64,000 nucleotides of DNA, from positions 5,728 to 69,727 of the forward strand of contig CAZDGL010000003.1 in assembly GCA_964505155.1 (NCBI GenBank), written 5' to 3'. Under the pieces are notes generated by a model. It was given only the letters and a program-made list of their open reading frames with translations. It did not search any database and was not told the origin of the DNA. Below, in pieces: positions 48,359 to 57,286 of the stretch. Each line of letters opens with the position of its first letter. Position 1 is the first letter of the stretch. The DNA is from an uncultured Candidatus Saccharibacteria bacterium (GTDB lineage: Bacteria > Patescibacteriota > Minisyncoccia > Phycocordibacterales > UBA9973). The translations under genes were made by a program, and so were the position numbers.

Positions 48359-49558
48359 ATGGACAAACAGTCTCCCAAAAAAGTCGTTATTATCGGAGGT
48401 GGTTTTGGTGGGATTGCAGTAGCCAAAAAGCTTGCTAAGCAGAAAAACCTTGAAATAACCCTCATTACTAAAAACCCTCTTTTTGAGTATTACCCAGCGC
48501 TCTATAAGCTTGTCACCGGTGCTTTGGCTATCGAAGTCTGTGTCCCTTATAACAAGATTTTCAAAGCTTCTAGCAATACAACGGTTTTGGAAGGTTTTTA
48601 CGAATCATACGATAAGGACTCCAAAATAGTCACACTCCTTGATGGTAGGACATTTTCTTATGATTATCTAGTTTTGGCGATGGGAAGTCAGACCAACTAT
48701 TTCAACATTCCAGGGATAGAGGAGTTTGCCTTTGCTTTCAAGTCTTCTTTTGAAGCACTCAAGCTCAAACAACATTTTCTAGATCTCTTGCGTGTATCTC
48801 AAGATATATCTAAGGAAGAGCTGGTTGAAAGATACCACGTAACAGTTGTCGGAGGTGGTCCATCAGGGGTTGAGCTTGCTGGAGATATCACTACTTATCT
48901 ACGCAAAATGACTAAGCGCTATCATGTAGACCCTAGCTTTGTTACTGTGGATCTCATCGAATCCAATCCTAGGGTTTTGGCAATGCTTCCTGAGAGTGTT
49001 TCTCGAAAAGCTGAAGCTAGACTGCGAAAACTAAAGGTCAATATCTATACCAACAGAACTTTGCAAGCCCAAGACTTAGACAATGTCACCGCTAGTGGTA
49101 TGACTATGCGTTCGGGGACAGTAGTTTGGACTGCTGGCACAAAGATTAACGACTCATTTTCTTCTTTTGATTTAGATGCAAAAAAAAGAGTTAAGGTCAC
49201 AGGAGATTTTTCACTAGAGAATGATCCAAATGTTTTTGTGATTGGTGACGGCGCTGGTGCTCCAGGAGCAGGGTTGGCTCAAGGCGCTATTGTTCATGGT
49301 AAATACGTAGGCGAGCTTATTGTCTCAAAAATTAAAAATAAAAAACTTAAACCTTTCAAACTCAAAACTATCGGATATCTTGTGCCTATCGGACACTCTT
49401 GGGCTGTGCTTAGTTACAAAAACATAACAATTTCAGGATTTATTCCTTGGATTATGAGAAGTTTTGTAGATTTTAAATACTTTACAAGTATTGTCCCGTT
49501 TTCTTATGTTTTGGAAGTCTTTAGACAAGGTAAAAAATATAGAAAAGGACAATGTTAA
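48359..49558 (+). CDS. ndh: Type II NADH dehydrogenase-like flavoprotein
   Basis: IIGGGFGG, YDYLVLAMG, VVGGGPSGVELAG, VWTAG, VFVIGD. Confidence 0.85.
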   Translation: MDKQSPKKVVIIGGGFGGIAVAKKLAKQKNLEITLITKNPLFEYYPALYKLVTGALAIEVCVPYNKIFKASSNTTVLEGFYESYDKDSKIVTLLDGRTFSYDYLVLAMGSQTNYFNIPGIEEFAFAFKSSFEALKLKQHFLDLLRVSQDISKEELVERYHVTVVGGGPSGVELAGDITTYLRKMTKRYHVDPSFVTVDLIESNPRVLAMLPESVSRKAEARLRKLKVNIYTNRTLQAQDLDNVTASGMTMRSGTVVWTAGTKINDSFSSFDLDAKKRVKVTGDFSLENDPNVFVIGDGAGAPGAGLAQGAIVHGKYVGELIVSKIKNKKLKPFKLKTIGYLVPIGHSWAVLSYKNITISGFIPWIMRSFVDFKYFTSIVPFSYVLEVFRQGKKYRKGQC

Positions 49559-50298
49559 AAACAGACTGGGACAATATATCATCATGGTACGAAGACTATC
49601 TAGGAGGAGAAGATACCTACCAAGCCAAAGTTATTGCGCCCAACCTTTTGCGTATGCTCGAGATCAAGAAAGGCGAAAGTGTCTTGGATCTTGCTTGTGG
49701 GGAAGGGTTTTTTGCTCGGTTGGTAAGAGCTAGTGGGGCAGTAGTCTCTGGAGTAGATCTCTCAAAAGAGCTCATCTTAAAAGCTCAAAATAAATCAAAA
49801 GACATTGGTTATCTCAATTCTCCAGCTCATAATACTAAGATAGAAAAAGAGTCTTTTGATAAAGCTTTTACCGTTTTGGCATTTGAAAATATAAAAAACA
49901 TAGATGAAGTAGTTTTGGAAATCAAGAGAGTGCTCAAACCAGGAGGGAAGTTTTTGTTGGTTATGCTCCATAATGCTTTTCGTATACCCAAGCATAGTGA
50001 CTGGGCTTTTGACTCCAAGAAAGATTTGCAATATAGAAGAGTAGACAAATACCTCTCAGAAATAAAGATAGAGATAGAACTCAACCCTCACAAAGGAAGC
50101 AAAAAAACTAGCTCAATCACTTTTCACCGACCTCTTCAGTGGTATATGAAGATTTTCAAAAAGCATGGTTTTGTTATGACAGGCTTAGAAGAATGGATTT
50201 CTCACAAGAAAAGCGGTGCAGGTCCTAGACAAAAAGCAGAGGATTTAGCCCGCAAAGAGTTTCCGATGTTTCTTGCTCTTGAACTCAAAAAGCTTTAG
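49552..50298 (+). CDS. Class I SAM-dependent methyltransferase
   Basis: VLDLACGEG, GVDLS, RVLKPGG. Confidence 0.9.
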   Translation: MLKTDWDNISSWYEDYLGGEDTYQAKVIAPNLLRMLEIKKGESVLDLACGEGFFARLVRASGAVVSGVDLSKELILKAQNKSKDIGYLNSPAHNTKIEKESFDKAFTVLAFENIKNIDEVVLEIKRVLKPGGKFLLVMLHNAFRIPKHSDWAFDSKKDLQYRRVDKYLSEIKIEIELNPHKGSKKTSSITFHRPLQWYMKIFKKHGFVMTGLEEWISHKKSGAGPRQKAEDLARKEFPMFLALELKKL

Positions 50299-50348
50299 AT
50301 AAATTGACTTTTGTATTTTTTGTCTTATACTGAAAAAAATTAACAACT

Positions 50349-50558
50349 ATGAAAAATAAAATAAGTCGAATTGGATGGTGGACAACCTTAACCATTGTCG
50401 GACTGGTGATTGCCATAGTGATCCAACTATTTACCAGATATTGGATTTGGTGGGAGTGGATTATCTATGCAGTTATTTTCATCGTAGTATGCCTTTTAGT
50501 TTTTTTAGGTTGTTTTCTTTGGATTTTTAAAGATGTAAATATAGAAGATGACCAATAA
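50349..50558 (+). CDS. Small two-TM orphan protein
   Basis: Hydrophobic Trp-rich 69 aa; TTGACT(50304)-16-TATACT upstream. Confidence 0.6.
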   Translation: MKNKISRIGWWTTLTIVGLVIAIVIQLFTRYWIWWEWIIYAVIFIVVCLLVFLGCFLWIFKDVNIEDDQ

Positions 50559-50625
50559 AGATTTTTATCAAAGGCGTTATTCATTGTAAAAGAGCTTACT
50601 ATTTTGTAAGCTCTTCTTGTTTTCA

Positions 50626-50883
50626 TTAATACTTTTTACCACCAAAGTTATTTTTTGTTGTTCCTGCGTATTGCGGTCCCCCTTTTTCATCGTAGACTGA
50701 AGATATCTCAGAGTGTTTTGTTTTAAAAAACTTTTCTTCGATTCCGTCGTCTTCATCTTCAAACTTCTCGCTATCTTTAGTAGGTGGTATAAGCTCATTG
50801 GTTAGGTACAGTGTTTTTATGCTTTTTATATCTAACATAACTAACGTTTTGTATACTGTATCATAATGTTTATTTTTCCTCAA
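50626..50883 (-). CDS. Hypothetical protein
   Basis: 85-aa ORF overlapping the UDG stop; true start uncertain. Confidence 0.4.
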   Translation of the reverse strand: MRKNKHYDTVYKTLVMLDIKSIKTLYLTNELIPPTKDSEKFEDEDDGIEEKFFKTKHSEISSVYDEKGGPQYAGTTKNNFGGKKY

Positions 50884-51457
50884 TTTTCTTTAATATTAAG
50901 AGTATTTTTTTGAAGTCTTTAATCAATACTTCTCTCATACTGCCATTATATAAAGCGGCGGCAGGGTGATATAGAGGTAAGAAATGTTCGGTATCTATGC
51001 CAGGAATATTTTGGACGATGAGTTTGCCATGTGCTTCAGAGATTTTTAATTCTGGAAAAAAGTGATTCATAGAATGTCGTCCCAAAAACACTATGAGCTT
51101 GGGTGCGATAGTATTGAGCTCTTCATGTAGCCACTCTTTGCAAGCTTCTTTTTCGCTTGGTAGTGGATCACGATTATTAGGTGGTCGGTATTTTACAATA
51201 TTGGTTATATAGATATCAGAGCGAGACATTTTGATACTTGCAAGCATCTCGCTTAGAAATTTTCCTGCAGCTCCGACAAATGGCACGCCTGTCTCGTCTT
51301 CTTTTTTGCCAGGTGCCTCACCGATAAATACCACTTGTGCTTTTGAGTTCCCATCGCCAAAAACTGCTCTAGTGGCAGTATTTTTGAGCTCACAAGTGCA
51401 GTTTTCCTGCCAAAAAGTATTTATTTCTTCTAAGCTTTTTTGGCTAGATTTAGGCAT
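50870..51457 (-). CDS. Uracil-DNA glycosylase, family 4
   Basis: VFGDG, IGEAPG..E..G.PFVG.AG, NIVKYRPPNNR, YHPAAALY. True start 51457 (MPKS). Confidence 0.92.
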   Translation of the reverse strand: MPKSSQKSLEEINTFWQENCTCELKNTATRAVFGDGNSKAQVVFIGEAPGKKEDETGVPFVGAAGKFLSEMLASIKMSRSDIYITNIVKYRPPNNRDPLPSEKEACKEWLHEELNTIAPKLIVFLGRHSMNHFFPELKISEAHGKLIVQNIPGIDTEHFLPLYHPAAALYNGSMREVLIKDFKKILLILKKIEEK

Positions 51458-51479
51458 GGTTTTATGATACCATGAAGGC

Positions 51480-51716
51480 ATGTTTGGACTAAAAAAGATG
51501 CTCACCAACAAACTGTTGGAGCGACAATTAAAAGCTTTGCCAGAAGCACAAAGACAAATGATTATGGAGGCGGTGAACGCCAACCCTGATTTTTTCAACA
51601 AGCTTGCCAAAGAAATAGAGGCTGAAAAAAAGGCCGGCAAAAGCGAGATGGCAGCTTCTATGGAAGTTATGCGTAAGCACCAAGGCGAATTACAAAAACT
51701 AATGATGGGTAAGTAG
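51480..51716 (+). CDS. Small helical hypothetical protein
   Basis: Met/Lys-rich 78 aa, divergent from UDG across a 22-bp gap. Confidence 0.75.
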   Translation: MFGLKKMLTNKLLERQLKALPEAQRQMIMEAVNANPDFFNKLAKEIEAEKKAGKSEMAASMEVMRKHQGELQKLMMGK

Positions 51717-51867
51717 TTTCTGAGCCTCTCTTTTGGTATCGTGTTGATGTAGTACAAAATGACAAGGGAACAAAACCGATACTGTTTCAGTCTGGAATCA
51801 AATTCTTTTATCACAAATGTCATTTGTCAATAAATAAAAACCTCTCGATTGAGAGAGGTTTGGTGTC

Positions 51868-52206
51868 TTAAACACAAATTTCTTTTTTGCAAAGATCGAT
51901 ATATTTTCGTGTAAGGCGGTACCTTTGAGGATCTGTTGCTATTGGGTAATCAAAGCAGTCTTTGATGCCAAAATTATAAAAGGCATGCATAAGTTTTTTC
52001 CATCGAACAACACCAACGCCGTGGGAGACGTTGTAATCCCTTGTCCACATTTCTAAAAGGTCACCTACACAGGTTGCTTTTTGAAGGTGCGTGTTAAAAG
52101 GACGTTTGATGATACCTTTCCAGTCTTTAAGGTTTGTGAAAGTAAAAAAGTGTTCCAGGGGCGTCTTTAAGAGCCAAGTTTTCTGATCTATTTTTTTGAA
52201 CTCCAT
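51868..52206 (-). CDS. Hypothetical protein, possibly RNA polymerase alpha-CTD-like (HhH)
   Basis: LKTPLE..N..LQKATCVGDLL..D..GVG..L..FGI; terminator at about 51836-51861. Confidence 0.6.
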   Translation of the reverse strand: MEFKKIDQKTWLLKTPLEHFFTFTNLKDWKGIIKRPFNTHLQKATCVGDLLEMWTRDYNVSHGVGVVRWKKLMHAFYNFGIKDCFDYPIATDPQRYRLTRKYIDLCKKEICV

Positions 52207-52291
52207 TTTATAACGTTTTCTCTACCTTACGACATTTTATTGACTTTGTAAAGTAGGTAGGCTAGAATACAAAAAATAAAAATTGTTACTT

Positions 52292-53302
52292 ATGGAAAAT
52301 GCATTAAGCAGATTCATTAAAAATCGTAATATTTCCCCTGAAATCCTTCAAAGAAAAGCTGTTTTAAAAGTTAGAAACGGTGCATCGTTTCCGTTAAACT
52401 ATCTTCGAACTTTGCTCAAAAATGAAAATGCGGGTATTTCCCTTTCAAACATCGACCGACTTGATAAGGCATACAATCTTACCAAAGAAGAAAAAGAAGA
52501 TTTGCAAAGAATGGTTAAAAAAAGCGTTGGGGGCAAGGGGAGGCCTAAGTTTTCAGAAGGAGAATCAGAAGAAAGAAAGAGGGAGAAACAGGTCTTTAGG
52601 GCTGTTCGTGAACATCAATATACTCTTTCACAGTGTAAAGATGTGAGAAGGTTAATTGCTGAACTTAGACAAAAAGCTATTGAGTTTAAACTACTTCTCT
52701 GTGTTAACTGGAAACAACATGCGGAGGTCAATAAGCTTTCAAACCATGAAACACTCCATGCTTTCATTAAGGCCCACCAAAAAAACCGCACAGAAGCAGC
52801 AAACATCCAGCTTAACCTTCTGGGAATCCTTTGTAAGCTCATGATTTTTGTCGAAGAAGGTTTAAAGAATGAGATTGAAATTTTTGGAAGTATTCCTTCT
52901 GTATTTATGACCCTTGATGCTGATGGAATTAGAAAACAGACACAGGAGGTAGTAAGACATGGTGAGGAGAAACTTTTCTCACTAATGAACAAAGACGTCT
53001 CAGCCGCCCAACAGCACTACATGCAATGGATCAATGTGGAAGCAAAGAATAATAGTGGAATTGTTGATATAACGAAGTATCAACCACCCACAGATATTCT
53101 TAGATTTAATGCATGGCTTGGGTGTTTAACTTTTGAAGACCTTGCGTATTGTAAAACAGATATGTCTTTCTTTGGGGGAGGGGGTATGGCCAAGGAAACC
53201 TTAGCTTTTTATGGTGTCGAGGAAGTTATTACGATTATCGAAAAATCTGTAAACAAAAGGATTGCTGACCTTACTTCAGTAAAAAAAGCCTTATTTATAT
53301 AA
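52292..53302 (+). CDS. Orphan protein with a possible N-terminal XRE-like HTH
   Basis: ISLSNIDRLDKAYNL, GGKGRPK; promoter TTGACT(52240)-17-TAGAAT; terminator at about 53282-53310. Confidence 0.7.
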   Translation: MENALSRFIKNRNISPEILQRKAVLKVRNGASFPLNYLRTLLKNENAGISLSNIDRLDKAYNLTKEEKEDLQRMVKKSVGGKGRPKFSEGESEERKREKQVFRAVREHQYTLSQCKDVRRLIAELRQKAIEFKLLLCVNWKQHAEVNKLSNHETLHAFIKAHQKNRTEAANIQLNLLGILCKLMIFVEEGLKNEIEIFGSIPSVFMTLDADGIRKQTQEVVRHGEEKLFSLMNKDVSAAQQHYMQWINVEAKNNSGIVDITKYQPPTDILRFNAWLGCLTFEDLAYCKTDMSFFGGGGMAKETLAFYGVEEVITIIEKSVNKRIADLTSVKKALFI

Positions 53303-53344
53303 GGCTTTTTTCTTTTCTTCATTTTTCTGCTACTATAGAGCTCT

Positions 53345-54346
53345 ATGTCACTATCTATCGGTATCGTCGGGCTCCCTAATGTCGGCAAATCTACGCTTTT
53401 TAATGCACTCACCAAAAAAGGGGTTCCAGCAGAGAACTATCCTTTTTGTACTATCGATCCGTCTGTCGGTATTGTTCCTGTGCCAGATGAGAGACTCTAT
53501 AAGCTTGCAGAATTTTCCAAAACTCAAAGTACTATCCCAGCTGTTATCGAGTTTGTAGACATCGCTGGTCTTGTCGCTGGAGCAAGCAAGGGTGAAGGTT
53601 TGGGCAATAAATTCCTCTCCAACATTCGTGAGACTGATGCCATACTTCATATGGTGCGAGTATTTGAAGACAAGGATGTCATTCACGTGGCCAACAAAGT
53701 CGACCCGCTCTTTGATATCAGTGTCATCAACATGGAGCTTATCCTCTCTGATCTTGAAACAGTTAACAAAAGATTGGAGACAAATGCCAAAGACCAAAAG
53801 CGTGGAGTCAAAGAAGCTATCATTTTGCACGAGGCACTAGAGAAGATAAAGAGGGCACTAGAAAATGAAGTCATGGCTTCAAGTGTTGTCCTAGAAGACG
53901 CAGAGAAGCCATTAGTCGCACAGCTGAACCTTCTGACTATGAAGCCTATGCTTTATGCTCTCAACACTTCGTCAGCCACAGAGAATAAGGTTGCTGGAGT
54001 AGTTAGCGAGCTTCCAGGACCATATATAGAGATAGATCCTGTTTTTGAAACTGGCTTTGATGACATGATCCGGGCTTGTTACAAACTTCTAAACCTTGAG
54101 ACTTATTTTACAACTGGAGAAAAAGAAACCCGTGCCTGGACTATCAAGGCTGGAAGTACTGCCCCTGTCGCCGGAACTGCTATTCACACCGACTTCAAAG
54201 ACAAATTCATCCGTGCTGAGGTTGTATTTTGGAAAGATCTACTTGATACTGGTAGCTACGCCGAAGCCCGCTCCAAAGGCCTTGTACGGATAGAAGGGAA
54301 GGAATACATAGTAAAAGACGGCGACGTTATTGAATTCAGAATATAA
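53345..54346 (+). CDS. ychF: Redox-regulated ATPase YchF
   Basis: [37 protein letters not shown]. Confidence 0.97.
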   Translation: MSLSIGIVGLPNVGKSTLFNALTKKGVPAENYPFCTIDPSVGIVPVPDERLYKLAEFSKTQSTIPAVIEFVDIAGLVAGASKGEGLGNKFLSNIRETDAILHMVRVFEDKDVIHVANKVDPLFDISVINMELILSDLETVNKRLETNAKDQKRGVKEAIILHEALEKIKRALENEVMASSVVLEDAEKPLVAQLNLLTMKPMLYALNTSSATENKVAGVVSELPGPYIEIDPVFETGFDDMIRACYKLLNLETYFTTGEKETRAWTIKAGSTAPVAGTAIHTDFKDKFIRAEVVFWKDLLDTGSYAEARSKGLVRIEGKEYIVKDGDVIEFRI

Positions 54347-54480
54347 CCTCTAAGTATAAAAAGGAGATGCCTGCCCCGTTGGAAGCGATTAGCTTTCCTG
54401 CGGGGTTATAGAATTTAGAATATAGACTTGACTTTTTAGGTAAAAGGTGCTATACTTAATTACGAACTAAATCAATACAT

Positions 54481-54699
54481 ATGAAAAAGAAGACCATATT
54501 TTTCTGGATGTTTTATACTCTGGTGGTAATGGCTCTGATTTATCTAACAAAAGGCTTCTCCTTTCCTTCGGGCGGTGATACTGCACAAGGAGGATTCCAG
54601 CTTATTTGTTGGACTGCAACTTTTTCTCCTGTGATTTTAAAATTGTTTATTAGTCCAATTGCCAAGTTTTTGGCACAAAGGAATCAAAAAAGAGTATAA
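54481..54699 (+). CDS. Small two-TM orphan protein
   Basis: TTGACT(54428)-17-TATACT upstream; terminator ATCCCCGCCA-ACTTG-TGGCGGGGAT downstream. Confidence 0.6.
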   Translation: MKKKTIFFWMFYTLVVMALIYLTKGFSFPSGGDTAQGGFQLICWTATFSPVILKLFISPIAKFLAQRNQKRV

Positions 54700-54738
54700 A
54701 ATAAAAATCCCCGCCAACTTGTGGCGGGGATTGTTTTT

Positions 54739-55233
54739 TTATTTTTTTAACTGTTCTATCTCTTTTTGAAGTTGAGTCAGGATGGTTTGGATAGCAGCGA
54801 TAGCGTTGGCTTCTTTGGTCTCTACTTTCAAGTCTTGATCGCTATCTTCTTCAATCTCCTCAATGTCTTCTTGGATCTCATCCACATCCTTTTGGATCTC
54901 ATCGACGTCTTTTTCGATCTCTTCCACACCTTCTTCAATCTCCTCAATATCTTCTTGGATTTCCTCCACGTCTTCCTGAATGATTTCGATGTCTTTGGTG
55001 TTTTTGTTGACTGACATTTGAATGAAGATAGCTAGGTATATAGCCTCGAGAGATAGTAGGGTAGTCAAGACAAGTAAAACTCTCTCAAGACTTATACCAA
55101 AGAGTGGCAGACTAAAAGCTCCCAGAAACAAAATAGTGTGAACTATCAGACTACGAGTAGAGCCTATCCAGCGTGTAGCTTTGTCAGCAGTTTTTTCTAG
55201 TTTTATTTTGTTGCGCTTAAATTGCTCCTCCAT
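54739..55233 (-). CDS. DUF1003-like membrane protein with an acidic heptad-repeat coiled coil
   Basis: WIGS..HTILF..LTTLLSLEAIYLAIFIQMSVN followed by (IQEDVEE)n repeats. Confidence 0.8.
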   Translation of the reverse strand: MEEQFKRNKIKLEKTADKATRWIGSTRSLIVHTILFLGAFSLPLFGISLERVLLVLTTLLSLEAIYLAIFIQMSVNKNTKDIEIIQEDVEEIQEDIEEIEEGVEEIEKDVDEIQKDVDEIQEDIEEIEEDSDQDLKVETKEANAIAAIQTILTQLQKEIEQLKK

Positions 55234-55277
55234 GTCCTTGTTGTACCACAAAAATTATATTTTAAGCAAGAAAAAAC

Positions 55278-55319
55278 CCCCATAAAGATACTTATTTTAA
55301 AATAAGTATCTTTATGGGG
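55278..55319. repeat. Perfect 42-bp spacerless palindrome, likely acting as a terminator
   Basis: CCCCATAAAGATACTTATTTT|AAAATAAGTATCTTTATGGGG. Confidence 0.85.
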
Positions 55320-55327
55320 TATGTTAA

Positions 55328-55759
55328 TTAACCCATCTTTTCTTTTAGTTTTTGAAGAGCAGATAGATTTCCGAGTGTTGCAGGTGTGGAATCATCGATA
55401 TATCTAACAGCGACATCCGTACCTTTGCGCCTTTTTAAGTCGTAAAGAGTAGTTTTGGTTTTACGTCTCCACACTTCATCAAATCCGTAATAGGGATCTT
55501 TGTAAACCTCTTCCGCGATTTGGACTGCTTTTTGAAGTTCATCCTCAGAAAGAGGAACTTCCTCAAGTTTCCATTCACGGCGCATACGCCAGAATTCTCT
55601 TTGATCAAGGAGCAGGTCAGGATTTTTTTCTGTTCCTTTCCAGGTTCGATGGTTCATTTCTTTGTCTGTGAAAAAGACCACAGGCGGTTCTTCAGCAAGC
55701 ATTACTTTTACGCAGTAACCATTATTGGTCACAAGCATAGACACTGATTTGATTTCCAT
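55328..55759 (-). CDS. Orphan hypothetical protein
   Basis: 143 aa ending ATLGNLSALQKLKEKMG; promoter TTGACT(55872)-17-TATAAT. Confidence 0.7.
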   Translation of the reverse strand: MEIKSVSMLVTNNGYCVKVMLAEEPPVVFFTDKEMNHRTWKGTEKNPDLLLDQREFWRMRREWKLEEVPLSEDELQKAVQIAEEVYKDPYYGFDEVWRRKTKTTLYDLKRRKGTDVAVRYIDDSTPATLGNLSALQKLKEKMG

Positions 55760-55923
55760 ATTTAATGAGCATTTTGGTTAAGAAAAATACAATTCTCAGA
55801 CTACGAGGGAGCTAAGCGCTGTATTTTTCTTAACCTTTTATTTATTATAGCATTTATAAGTATAAAAGTCAAGGTTTATATAACTTGCTCAAAATGGGCC
55901 TCTCTGGTATAGTATTCGGACCT

Positions 55924-56082
55924 ATGGCACAAGATAACCTAGTAAAACTCGTAAATAAAGAAACAGGAGAGACTTATTGGTCTACCAAAAACCGCAAAAA
56001 GCTCGCGGGTATTAAGCTTGAATTCAAGAAATACTCTCGTAAACTTCGAAAGGTTGTATCTTTCAAGGAGTCAAAGAAATAA
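55924..56082 (+). CDS. rpmG: 50S ribosomal protein L33
   Basis: YWSTKNRKK..KLEFKKYS..LRK..FKE; Cys-free form; start at ATG 55924. Confidence 0.9.
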   Translation: MAQDNLVKLVNKETGETYWSTKNRKKLAGIKLEFKKYSRKLRKVVSFKESKK

Positions 56083-56134
56083 AATAAAAAAAGTAGCAAA
56101 TAGCTACTTTTTTTGTTATAGTTTTCTAGTTCTA

Positions 56135-56205
56135 GGGCGATTAGTTTAGTGGTAGAACGAAGGTCTCCAAAACCTTTGGTGTGGGTCCGATTCCTACATC
56201 GCCCG
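56135..56205 (+). tRNA. tRNA-Trp(CCA)
   Basis: GGGCGAT/ATCGCCC acceptor stem, AAGGT-CTCCAAA-ACCTT anticodon arm; T loop reads TCCGATT. Confidence 0.92.
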
Positions 56206-56209
56206 CAGT

Positions 56210-57091
56210 TTATTTCGCATATTTTTTAAACCAAGTTCTTTGGCGTTTGACGTATTGCCAGCTATCTTTTTGTATATTTTCTATCATTATCTCTTTTGAA
56301 ATTTTGTTTTGTAAAAATAGAGCAAGGTATTTATATTCAAGTCCAAGTGACTCGAGTCGTTCCCAAGACACTCCTTCCGTGTGTAGTCTTTCTACTTCTT
56401 CTACCATACCCATATCTAATCTTTTTATTAGTCTGTCATGAATACGTTTTTTTAGTACATCATCTGGTAGGTCTAAATAATGCCAGTCTATATCATACTC
56501 AGGATTTTTTGTTAGTTCCGGTACAGTTCCAAGTTCTGTGGCTATTTCTATAGCACGGATAAGACGAACTTTGTTTTTTTTATCAACGAGATCAAAGCGT
56601 CGTGGATCGAGAGTTTCTAATCTTTGTTGTAAATCCTCCAAAGAAAGTTCTTGAAGTTCTGTACGAAGTTTAGGGTTTGGTGGAACGGCAGGGAAGATGG
56701 TACCGCAAACAACAGCGTCTATATATAGTCCTGTACCACCACAAATGATCGGTGTATGCCCTCGAGCAATAATCTCATCAATAGTCTTGGTCGCAAGGCT
56801 TTGGTACTGTGTGACCGATAAGACGTCTTTTGGATCAGCTACATTGAGTAAATGGTGGGGGATGCCATGCATTTCTTCGGTAGTGATTTTGCCACTTCCT
56901 ATATCAAGACCTTTGTATACTTGTCGCGAGTCAGCAGAAATAACTTCGCCTAAAACTTCTCTTTGAGAAGTTCGGCCGACCACGCTGTTTGCGTGGTTTA
57001 GGTCACCAAGATTCTTGGCAAGTTCTACGGCATAATCACTTTTGCCTGTAGCAGTCGGCCCACAAACGACTATTATTTTTTGCTTTTTCAT
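56210..57091 (-). CDS. miaA: tRNA dimethylallyltransferase, with an 18-aa insertion
   Basis: GPTATGKS, SADSRQVY, GGTGLY, RLIRAIEI, KRQRTWF. Confidence 0.96.
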   Translation of the reverse strand: MKKQKIIVVCGPTATGKSDYAVELAKNLGDLNHANSVVGRTSQREVLGEVISADSRQVYKGLDIGSGKITTEEMHGIPHHLLNVADPKDVLSVTQYQSLATKTIDEIIARGHTPIICGGTGLYIDAVVCGTIFPAVPPNPKLRTELQELSLEDLQQRLETLDPRRFDLVDKKNKVRLIRAIEIATELGTVPELTKNPEYDIDWHYLDLPDDVLKKRIHDRLIKRLDMGMVEEVERLHTEGVSWERLESLGLEYKYLALFLQNKISKEIMIENIQKDSWQYVKRQRTWFKKYAK

Positions 57092-57095
57092 TTTG

Positions 57096-57176
57096 TGCCC
57101 GAGGAGAGACTTGAACTCTCACCCCTTACGAGACTCGATTTTGAGTCGAGCGCGTCTACCATTCCGCCACTCGGGC
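57096..57176 (-). tRNA. tRNA-Leu(CAA)
   Basis: GCCCGAG/CTCGGGC acceptor stem, CTCGA-CTCAAAA-TCGAG anticodon arm, variable arm, TTCAAGT T loop. Confidence 0.95.
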
Positions 57177-57286
57177 TTTTAACCCGCCTTGGGCGGGAAT
57201 TTCTTTATTTTACATGGTTTCTCAGGGAAGTAAATATAAGAAATAAATACTTACTTGACAATATTTGTCAAAGGTGTATACTAAGA

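Noticed and set aside
51458-51823. 122-aa N-terminal extension of the UDG ORF
   Set aside because: It is antisense to the 51480 gene; UDG homology and a -10 box support the start at 51457.
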